Below are positions 28,044 to 40,000 of a DNA stretch of 64,000 nt, piece after piece. The translations under genes and the position numbers were made by a program. Position 1 is the stretch's first letter. Each line of letters starts with the position of its first letter. Source of the stretch: Aplysia californica (lineage: Eukaryota); NCBI RefSeq assembly GCF_000002075.1, contig NW_004797420.1:1208862-1272861 (forward strand). Reading direction: 5' to 3'. The notes beneath the pieces are model-generated. The model saw only the letters and a program-made list of their open reading frames with translations. It ran no database searches and had not been told where the DNA came from.

Positions 28044-31000
28044 GCATTTGTATAGCGCATATCCCCGCTCAACAGCAGGCTCTATGCGCTTTACACTATA
28101 TTATTACCCCAGCAGACCATAGAACACTCCGAAACATTCTCAGCTTCCCGGGAAGCATACAGTGCAAGCAGCTGATTAAGCGTTCAAACACTAACAAGTT
28201 GACAAGATCTTTCGCTGTCTATAGCCGGGTACCCATTCCCACCTGGGTGAAGTGAGGAAAATTCGTGTTAAGTGCCTTTCCCAAGGACACAACATCAGGC
28301 CCCTGACGGGATTCAAACCCACGACCTTACGGTTGCGAGTCCAAGAGCCTAACCACTAGGCCACCGACGCTACGTAAAAAAATAGTTCACTGTCAAAAGC
28401 CTTAGAGTAATCAATAAAATGGAGTATACAGAGTTTACTATGCTTCATTATAGCTTTCTACTTTTACATTATAATTAAAGTAAATAATGATACTAAATAA
28501 GATGAAATGGTCAGATGATTTACTTCCCACCAAATACACAGTCAGTTTTATGGTACTATAAAATCAAGCATCATTACAATAATGTATCAGATCAAATGGA
28601 AGCAAATACCATATAATCTCTAAAGGAGGTCTGATCCCTTTTCCTATTATGTATGCACCAAGCATCTGTACAAATGTATCTATAGCAGGGTTTTTTTTAG
28701 CCTGGTCCCGGTGAGTTCCTATGTTTGAGTGATCCATAAACTTAAAGCCCTTAAAAATACCTGGGGGGGGGGTCCAAAATCCTACCAAGCAAAACACTTA
28801 ATAAAATAAAACAGAACAGTCTGTAAACTAAACAACACTTTTTTAAAGTTCTCCCCTGCATGAATACCTACCGATGCTGACTTGGAACCCGGAGCCACTT
28901 TACTGGGCAACAGAAACTGCAAACGCTCTAGAAGGTAGACATCCCTTGAGCCAGGTTTGGCCGCTCCAACTTCACGTAGTCTCTTTCGAGCCTTCACGTA
29001 AGAGTCGTTCAGATTTTTAAGCTTATCTTTCACTTGTCGATCTGTAGGGGAAAAAAATTATGATAAACTTCAGATAAATATTTTTTTTAAAACAATGAAA
29101 TTTCCAGATGATTGTGTGTTATTGATTAGAGTATTATTACTGGAACAATAAAAATTAGCCACTCCCACAGGGAAAGCATTTTCATGAGGCAGCGACAATA
29201 TTATGTTATAATGCACTAACTGTGTAACTTTTTTTTTCAGGGTAAAATTTCACCAAGCAAAAAAATTTTCAGAGCGAAATTGAAACAATTTCATTAAGGG
29301 GCTTCAAAATCAAGCAAAGCTATTATAAAACTAACAATGGATGATTATCCCTGATGTGAGAGTAAAAATTATTGAGAACAGGCAGAACAACCTCAAAATC
29401 AAAAATGATTTTACAACACCAAAAGAAACAATTTTACCTATTTCTTCAAGTAATATAATATGGGAAGAAGAGCATGAATATAATAATATTCGATATGTCT
29501 ATTAAACTCATGTTGATAAAATGTCTTCACCATATTGGCCAACATAACAGTATAACAGAGATCTTTTTCAAAATGTCAATTTAAAATAGCAATAGAAAAT
29601 AAAGTACATTGCTCTTCTTATTTTACTAATTTTTTTGAGAGGGTAAAGAGATCCTCATTTTATGCTTTGACCAGGCTTTTCTTCATAAAATTAAGGAAAA
29701 TTTCCAAAAATGAAAGCGAAAGACCTACCATTACTCAAGACAAAAAAAAACTATCCACTGACATCTTAATATTTTAGCTATTAACGTTGTATGTGGATTG
29801 AATTTTCAGAAACGTTAAGATGCAACAAAAGTGAGCAGCAAGTATCATAGCCACAGCATCAGCATCACATTATATTATACAAACAGGATTACAGGAATGG
29901 TCTTTTGGTTTTCAAGCCAAACTCGGTTCAGAACGGATTTTTTTTTTTATCAACAAGATGTCACCATGAAAATTCAAATTGAGAGTACCCAAGAGAACCC
30001 AATGTTCTTTGAAAAGGAACTAGAAACATTTTCACAAATGGTGCATGAATAAAATTACACGAATTTCTGGTTCCAGATTAGTAAAAATATAAAAACTTAT
30101 TTTGCTCCCGGCTTGTCTCATTTTAAAACAAGACTTTTACTATGAAAAACTTATCATTATCGGAAACATAGCTACTGTTTTTATCAATAAAGACACTAAC
30201 TGTGTAAATTCTGAATGATTCTTTCCAATTAAGTGAAAAAAAAAGAAGATGAAGAAGAAATGAGGCTGTTGTGCAGCTATTGCAACCAACACAAAGAACT
30301 GTACTCACTTGTTTTTCCAATCGCTTGGGCAATTTCTTCCCTGGCCAGCTGCTTTGCGCGGATATTCTTGTAGTCTGGGTCGGTAATGTCCCATAAGACT
30401 CGACGTTCTTGCCACATGTTGATCATTACTTCTTCCTCCTGAGCCATGATGAGAGAAGCAATGGCAACCTAAGCCACAGAGCCAGAGCTAGCAGGCAGGC
30501 AGTTGACTAGGCACTTATTATGATACGTAGACAACAGTAATTTCTATTTATACAAAAAGCAACACTAAAAAAACCAGTTCAGCTATCCACCTTTTCTTTT
30601 TCTTAAAAAAACTTGCGGCTGTGGTCTTCAAGTTATAAACTTTTACTGAGAGAAAGAAACGCGCGGATCATCAAAGTCAAATGAGGAGTAAAATTCTCTT
30701 AAAAACAAGAAACTGCAGTTGAACTTTTTTATTATGGACAAAAAAAGATGATCTATTTAGATTTTTTTTTATGATACAAGTACTTTTTTTTTTTAATAGA
30801 GATCTATTGATCACTGTGAGCTGGACTGTTATGAATACCCTGGATTCGATTTCTTCTTAGAGGTGCGACCCATACGATTACGACAGAGACGATTATTCCT
30901 CTTACTCTTATCCCCAGAGTGACTTACAAACAGTCCTGATCTTGAACTGACGAATCTTCTACATAATTATAATACAGACTTTTTGAAAAATACCACTGAC

Positions 31001-34000
31001 ATAACTCACTCGCCATCGGGTGGAAGTCTCTTCGGAACATTCTGCCATCAGCAACCAATAACGGCCAACAAAACAAGAAACCCCAATGTCCTAGTCAACC
31101 GGCGTTGCCTGAGCTCTCATGCAGCGTCAGCTTTGCGCAGCGTCGGCCGTCCACCGACCTATTTTCTTGCTCTAGTCGTCTGGGCCGCCGCCGACCGCGT
31201 GCGCGCGCAGGTTTTGCGTCGAAGTCGAAGGTCTCCTTGGCCTGCCAACCGCCAGCTTTGCAAACAGCGGCGAAGGCGCAACCAGCGGTCGGCGATAGTA
31301 TCACGCAAGGCGAATGAGGTCGGCCGGAATTTGCCGCCCTCGCTACGCGGCGGTGGGGTACACGCTACGCGTGTTGCCGCGTACAAACCGACCTCGCTGA
31401 AACAAGGTCACGTAAATGAAATTCACCGAACTCGTCGATTCGAACGGAAAGGGCAGCAAGAGAGAGGTGGTCGTTTTCGTTGTGTGATAATAGCAATCAT
31501 GATACTATATTACTTGCTCATACAAAAAGCCCCTACGTTCCTTTATCTAGCTCAAATGCGATGCGAACCGCCAGCGAAATGCACACCATCGTTGCCATCG
31601 CCAAGCGGTGCATTCACCGTTTCATCTGCGCTCATCGCCTAATCAATTTAAAGTTACAATCTGGGTAGTTTCCACGTTGTTCGTTTGTATGTTTGTTTAT
31701 GAAAAGAGAAGCATACCGACACAGTATAGCGGCCATTCAGTGCAGGAAAAAGAAAGGAGACAAACAACGAGAAAAGAGGGATAAAGAAAAAAAGGACAGC
31801 TACCGGTGGCGCCTTCCAGCCATCAGCATTTCTCGTTGTGTTCTTCAACAAGGCAATCCGGATTATAATATGATACAAAGTACCATAACTCATAGTGCAG
31901 TCTTCATCATATTATAATATAACGGTTCACAGTCTTTATTATAACAATTTGATTTTTTGCGCGCACGAGGGGTTGAGGTGACTGCTCCCACTCAGCCGTG
32001 GGAAAAGTAGGATACATTCTAACATTTTCACCAAGAACACGTGCAGTAGAAGTTCGTCGAGTAATCGAGAACGTACAGTGGGGAGTACACCCTGAGCAAA
32101 GGAAAGAAAACGCGGAGAATACAGTAGCCTCTATAGCAGTTCAGCTAGTAGCGAATCTTAAAAAATACAGTGCATTATAATAAAATTAATGTAGCGCTTC
32201 AAGTTCAAAGTGCCTTAACCGGTTTTGTATTGGTTATTGTTGGGTTGTTGTTTTTTCGNNNNNNNNNNNNNNNNNNNNNNNNNNNNNNNNNNNNNNNNNN
32301 NNNNNNNNNNNNNNNNNNNNNNNNNNNNNNNNNNNNNNNNNNNNNNNNNNNNNNNNNNNNNNNNNNNNNNNNNNNNNNNNNNNNNNNNNNNNNNNNNNNN
32401 NNNNNNNNNNNNNNNNNNNNNNNNNNNNNNNNNNNNNNNNNNNNNNNNNNNNNNNNNNNNNNNNNNNNNNNNNNNNNNNNNNNNNNNNNNNNNNNNNNNN
32501 NNNNNNNNNNNNNNNNNNNNNNNNNNNNNNNNNNNNNNNNNNNNNNNNNNNNNNNNNNNNNNNNNNNNNNNNNNNNNNNNNNNNNNNNNNNNNNNNNNNN
32601 NNNNNNNNNNNNNNNNNNNNNNNNNNNNNNNNNNNNNNNNNNNNNNNNNNNNNNNNNNNNNNNNNNNNNNNNNNNNNNNNNNNNNNNNNNNNNNNNNNNN
32701 NNNNNNNNNNNNNNNNNNNNNNNNNNNNNNNNNNNNNNNNNNNNNNNNNNNNNNNNNNNNNNNNNNNNNNNNNNNNNNNNNNNNNNNNNNNNNNNNNNNN
32801 TATATATATATATATATATATATTATGTATGGTCTCAATCGATAAAACAGTCCCATATTTTCGTCAGCAAACACGTGCAACCAGTAATGCAAGAGTCATA
32901 AAAAGAAAGTCAAAACACGTAGCTTGAGCACACTTAGATCCGACACTCTAAACCTATTGGAAGCACGATCAGTCCAAGAGTCATGACAAACTATCTAACA
33001 CACGGAGACCCACATTTTGAATGCACATATTTAAATAGAGAGAGTTCAACGAACCGCTCCCACATTGAAAAATAGTTTTCACATAACAGAACCAACTGTG
33101 TAAATTCTCTTCTCTTTGCGTGCAACTTGAACCCCAAACTAATGCAGGGCGAGCAAAAAAATCGACAGCATAGGAAACCGTCCGGTTTTGCCTACATGGT
33201 TGAATACTTCAACTATTTAACTTCAAACAGACGAAAAATTTGCATCGCTTATTTGAAGAAAGCTGAGAGCTCTGACAACACGAGTAGAGGTTGCCTAAAA
33301 TGGAAATATTTGATCGTATAAGAGTGAAATCTAAACGTTAAACGAAAATTTTGTGAAAAAGAGAGAAAAATACCAGAGTTAGAAACCTATACATGTAGCA
33401 TTTTAAACAGCTGCTTAGGAGAAGAAACAATTCATTGGGTTTGCTTAGAAGAAAATCTCAATTTACACTAACACGGGTCAAACTTTTCGTATAGCTGTTG
33501 TGGATACCCAACTTTCGGGAAACTGTAGGTAACAGATACAATGTTGCTTCAGTGATACTCGGGTCATTTGATTATCATTTTATGGTCACCCTGGAGATGC
33601 TTGACGACAAAACATGAATACTGACATAAATATTTATTTATTTAGTAGGCCTAGCACAGTGCCTTGGTTTAAATATAGTAGAATTTGCAAGTTGGCCTTG
33701 AACATTGTGCAAGAAAGTGACCGTCCGAACATTTTAAATCGTATTCAGGTCGTCAAGTATCACAAAGGACAAAAAGTTTCCCCATGCTATGTTTGAACCA
33801 ATAATGAAATATAAACTTTTTCATGACCTTGTTAAAAGTGCTCAAAGCTTGCACTTGATAAAAATCCGAGATGATAAGACTTTTACTTTCAACCTTGTGA
33901 ATCTGTGTCCCTTGCCGTCACGTGTCCTGAGCTCGTGGGATGAGGGACAATCTATAGATGTTGCTTAATCAATGCAATTGAAGGAAGTTTTCGACTTTTA

Positions 34001-37000
34001 ATTCTCCCCCAAAACTTAATCAAAACCATTAATGACCAGTAAATGCTAGCCAAGATGATGGGGAAGTATGATTTAGTAAAGATAGTCCCTATCGACACAA
34101 TTAGGTTATTTAAGAGACGGAACCTCCGAGTTTAACATCATTCTTCGAAAAGAACGAGCCAAATAGGAAATAATGTGTTCAATCCAAGCAATTAGGGGCA
34201 CTTTTCTACTTTTCTTTCACCCCCAAAAGGCAATCAAAGCCAATGACCAGCAAACAATTGTCAAGATGAGCTGTTCAGTTTTGTTGTTTTTTTAAACTCT
34301 AGACAACTTTGTCCCTCGCGAAATGAAATTTAGTGCGACGACAAACTGCATGTTCGCCTTTTCTCAAAGCCGTCATGAATAAGAAATGAACGGCTACTCT
34401 TGGTAACATTATAGGCACGTGAGAACGTTTTATTTCTTTAAAAAACGTGTGGAATCACGAGCATTTATTCAGCGTTGGCGTTTTTGGTTGTACAACAATG
34501 TCTCTGGTCCTGGTGAGCGGGACGACACATGGTCTAGGGGACAAACAAGGGTTGTTTTGTTTTGTAATTATCTTGCAGACACACTAAGAGGGCTCTCGTG
34601 GCCTTAGAGGTTAAGGTGTTGGCCTCTCATTCAAAGGTCCCGGGTTCGAATCCGGGTAGCGATCGAAACATTTTCTTCTCTAAAATTGTCCTCTTTCACC
34701 TTCTTTCCTGCTCTCTGACAATGTTCTGACATCTGCTTTCGTCTCCTCTTTCTGCCCCCACCCCCTCACCTTTTTTGCCCCCTCCTCTTTCTGCACACTT
34801 TCTACTTTCTACTGCTACTCCTTGGCCCCATTCTTACTGCTGTCTTTCAGCCACACCCCTGATCTTCTGATAGGAAAGACCTACACCTAGCCTTCTCGGA
34901 TAAGGGCGAAAACCCTCGGAGGTCCCGTGTGCAAGTTGCGCACGTTAAAGAACCTTTGATGGTCTAAAATCGACAAGAGTAGGCTTCGGCCGCCACAAGG
35001 GCAAAATTCAAAATTTCCTACCAATCTGAAAAAGTTTAATCTTTCCCACACGTTCATATGACCTTGTGCAGTTGCGAGCGCCGTAAAACACTCACAAAAA
35101 AGACACACTAAAATAAGATCTCATTTGAAAAAAAAATTTTTTTATAGTAGAGGATTTTACGGCGCTCGCAACTGCATAAGGTCAGATGAACGCCAAGGGG
35201 TGGGTGTTAACGGAGAAGTCTTTACAGGGAATCAGATTTAGACTGCTCACCTCTCTAGCTTCAAGAGCACAAGGTCTGCTTCGACTATCAAGGCACCTCA
35301 AAATAGCAGGTCACAAGAGAGTGACAAACATAAAGAAGTAGAAGGAAATGACAATAGTAAGGATCGGGAAAGAAAAAGCAGCAGTTCCCTGTTGTAGATC
35401 AGGCACGCGGCACAGTTATGAGCGTGACATGAGTCAGCCCATTTACAATTCTATTATGCTTGAACGAGAAATGTCCCCCCTTTGGGAATGGCCTATTTAG
35501 ACACTTCAGTCGGTGGCACTGCCCCGGGGGGTGATCTCATTTTGACCTTGCATCAAATAAGTTGTATTGGAAAAGCACTGAATCTTTCCCGTCTCAAACT
35601 ATCTACTTTATTTCTTCAGTGATAAAAGCTGACAGGTGAGGTACAAAAGAGTTCAGCAGCTGACAGCTGGTACAACAGATTCAGCTGATAAGAACCTTTT
35701 CTAAAAACACCGTCAGCCCATACGCAAACCTTTTTTTTCAATGCCACAATAGCAAAATACTAAGGCATATTATCACAATTCGTTGTGATGAGAGCGCTTA
35801 TAAATAACATTATTTAACGCAAAGATTTAGAGTGCTTTTCACATGCTTTGGTATCAATCTGTTCCAGATCACTACTCATGACCATACAATTCATTGGGAA
35901 TTACTTTCTTTAACAATCAGTTCAGATTCAACACAGTGAGGCCAGGCCTAACATGCATTTGTCCAGCTTCTAGTGTATTGGTACCCAAGAAAACATAAAA
36001 ATAACAAAACACTGAAACAGAGGACTTCTTTCAACAACAAAAACAACAATAATAATAAAATATTAATAAAAATAGCATTTGCAAAGCGCAAATTCCCACT
36101 CAACAGCAAGCGCTATGCACTTTACAGTCTTATATATAGCACCCCAGCAGACCTTATAGAAGTCTGAAACAATGACAATGTCAACTCCCTGGGAAGCACA
36201 CAGTGCAAGCTGACATTTTACAGGGGAGTATAACACTGACAAACTGACAAGATTTTTCTCTGTCTTTGTTGTTAAAACATGAACAAAATTAAGTGTACAA
36301 CAAATCTGTCCACACATAAACAAGAGGCAGAGAAAGCAAGGGACATTAAATAGAAAGATGGGCGCACTAGTGGCATGGGTAGAGTGGACAAAAAGATGGG
36401 GGTTGGGAGGTGAGGCTGGCAGAACCTGAATACGGCTAAGGGTTAGAATCCGAAAGACAGACTTTAAAAAATTACATTAGAGGTGATTTTACGCCCCTAT
36501 CAACACAATTTAGATCACTTAGCCGGCAGGCTTTCAGCCATGCTGAGAGGGACAAAATCTCAGCAAAAAGATCAAATAGAAAGAGATCTATTTTTCAGTT
36601 ATTATGACTTGCACAATAAGTATGTGTGACAATATGGGTCACAAGTTCGTTTCTTTGAGATCGCACATACACAAAAAAAAGTGCACCAGAGACAAACAAA
36701 ATTTTTGAGAGGCAAGTGTGTTTAAAAACAGAGACAAGCAGTGGTCATGAGTACTGATATAGTCCAGATATTTGACACAACAAGAAACGACATAAAAATT
36801 ATAAGACATCACCATTCATAATATAAATGATACTACTTCAATATTATTCTATATAATGGGCTCTTGAGCTTTTCATGGTCTGACTAGTGAATATATTGAA
36901 TAGCAGTGTGAACATGTCTTAAGACTTAGAGTGAAGGCATGTTTTTAACTCTTTTTTTGGCTCCACTTTTCACTCTGTCTCACAATCATCAATACAAAGA

Positions 37001-40000
37001 AATGCTGTACTTTTATCTTATGATTTTATACACAGGGAAGTCAACTTTGGCTGATCATGGTTAATCCAAAAATGTCAACTGAAAGTAGAAATTAGCATCC
37101 CAATTTTTTTCTATTTGAGCACTATTTGAGCAAACTCTCTAAGAGGAAAACTTGACTAGACTTAGACCAAACAAAATCCGGCGGTTCCACAGATTTAGGT
37201 TTTAACGAGCTCCACTGTATTTCTAATTTTACAAAAGGTTGAACAAAAATTGAGATGAAAACCCAAAAATTTGTAACAATTACACACTATAAATATTTTC
37301 AAACCGAATCGATCACGCTAATATGGAACTAATTAAAATTTTAAGTAAACAATAGTGCTCATTCACTTGGAAACAGAAAACTTGAAGTTTACTTACTTGA
37401 AAAAAATACTTTGCAAAGCAGAATGAAGAACTTTTAAAAATGAAATTAGGAGGAACAGTTCACATTTGGTTTGAAAGGCAGGAAATGGAACAGTTCTAAG
37501 AATTCTTAATTTCACTCTCATGGCAAAAACCTTTTCAGAAGAGAAACTACACGATGTGCAACTCTTTGTGATGTTTAAATATTCAAGCGCACTGGGTGTT
37601 CCCAAAACAGCAATAAAATTCTCTTTCTTAAATTTTGGAGAATATGAGGGGGTTCCCATGGAAAAAAAGTGTTCATCCGATTAAGTAATTATGACTCCCT
37701 ATGTTTGTCTAGGAATTCAGCATAATGAGGCGACGACGTCTTCAAAAAGAATATATTCTTAAAAAATATTCCTTGAAACAGATGATTAAAAAAATGGTTA
37801 TCTCTCTAAATTTCAAATACATCTCATTTTCCAATAATTCCGCACCCTCCGACGGGTTTTCTCAGAGCTGCACACACATATAATTAATATGCTATGAACA
37901 TGAATATCAACTTATTCCTGTTGCAAAATATCAGTTTTTTAAAAATATTTCATGGTTTTTAACTAACAATCACACAGTTTTTAAGACTTTTCCTAATTGC
38001 GTAGTTAGTAATTTCCGTGTATTGGACCAGCACATCAATTATATGATCAGAGATAGGTGAAGCTCGAGCCATTCATAAGAAGGTTTCTTATTAAAGGGGT
38101 CATACTGAAATTATGCGAAAAGACACGAAAAGATGCAAAAAGGCACGGAAAGACATCTGATTTGTGTCCCTACAGACTTCAGACTCATTCTCAGGGTTAT
38201 TTTGACCAAAACTGGGTTAATCCTTACCATCTACAGCCCCTACAAGTTTGTTATAAAAATATTCCGCCATGATGAACACAGAGACTTAAAAGCCAGACTG
38301 GCGCATGACGTTCTTTCGATGTTTCATTTTCTTTTTTGTCACACTACAATCATTATTGTAAAATATTATTGTAATTTTTATATTGTGATAGGACTTCCTT
38401 ACTTTAAATAGAGCTGGGTACCACTGTGACAAGTGGAACATTTTTCAAAATTACGTTGTTAAACGTGTCTTGTGGATTTTTGCCATCATGCAACTCTCTC
38501 CACACGAATTCTTTTTTTTTTTTTTTTGTGGTTTACAGCGTTTGCAACTTTACATCTCAAATAAGAGTATAATGAGCGCGTGGGACACATTAAACATTTT
38601 CAGTGGGTAGGAAATTTTGAATTTTGAATTTTGCCTGGGTGGTGGCCGAAACCTACTCTATCGATTTTGGACCACCAAGGGATCTTTGGAGCTGTGTACT
38701 ACTGTGACAAGAGGGGAAAACTATGTCGTTAAACGTGTCTTGTGGATTTTTGCCATGCAACTCTCTCCACACAAATTGTTTGGGTTTTTTTGGTGGTTTA
38801 CAGCGCTTGCAACTGCATCTTAAGACCATATGAATGCACAGGACACATTTTCAGAGGGTAGAATATTTTGAATTTTGCCCGTGTGGCAGCCGAAGCCTAC
38901 TGTACTCTTCTCAGATCGATTTTGGACCACCAAGGGATCATTAATGAGAGCAACTTTGGGACCTCTGAGATTTTTCGTCCTTGTCAGAGAAGGCTAGGTG
39001 TAGATCACGTCTTTTCGCATTTTAGTATGACCCCTAATTAACTGGCAAAACTAATTTTTAGTCTACAAATTTTATAAAAAATGTTCTTATATATATATAT
39101 ATATATTATTTAACCCAAAACCTGAATGATCTTGAGTTAGAGAAAGGATCATTTGGCAATCCTCCCTTTCTTTTCTGACTTGAACCTCTAGGTCCTCGAG
39201 ATTAAAAATAAAAAGGCCGGATCTATTTCTCCGAACGTTCGGGAAAATAAACTTGAATTCTATTTCTCCGCACGGTTTCCGTTCTCGAGATTTTTATAAT
39301 AAGCGAAAGGAGTGGCCCATGTGTATGTGTGTGTGTGTGTGCGAGTGTGCATGCATGTGTGTGAGTGTGTCTGTGTGTGTGTGTGTGTAAGGTGTGAACG
39401 GGTGGGGGGGGGGGGCGTGGAGGGAATTTTTTTTTTTAACAAAATAGATTTTAGTTTTTGCTGGGTGACTAAATGCAAAATATAGGTTACTGACAAGGTC
39501 GAGCAGTCTTGTTTCCTTGCAGTACCTTTTGAAGGTATTTTCAAATGAAGTATAGACTAGATAGTCCGCGAACGTTGCCCCAACCACATCTGAAGTATCT
39601 GAATATTCATGCAGACATTTAAAAATCTCTAGCTCTAGAAATTGAATTTGATGCAAAAAATGCTTCCTCGCAGAATGACAATATGAAAGGATCACGCCTA
39701 AATCTTGCAAATAGAAAGTGGCTATTCTCACCCGCCCGGAAGTTCTCGCAAGATCAACTCCTCCCCTCTTCTCTCTCTCTCCGTCTCTTTCTGAATACTG
39801 TCTATCGGTGTGGACGATCAAATTGACCAAAATAAAGTTAAAAAATGATGTTAAAACACAAAAGTAAATAAATTTGGTTGTCTACAAAGATGCTACGGCT
39901 ATTTAACTTTTCGAATCGAGCCGAACTACGCGGGTCGCCATTTTGTTTAGCCCGGAAATTCTCGCGCTACTCCTCTCTCTCTTTCTCTCTCTCTCTCCAC

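Noticed and set aside
30983-31642. 219-aa plus-strand ORF
   Set aside because: No recognisable domain; a by-product of the GC-rich island
24900-32200. Autonomous Harbinger element enclosing the MADF gene
   Set aside because: No matching TIR pair, TWA TSD or transposase ORF found, though the adjacent gap limits certainty
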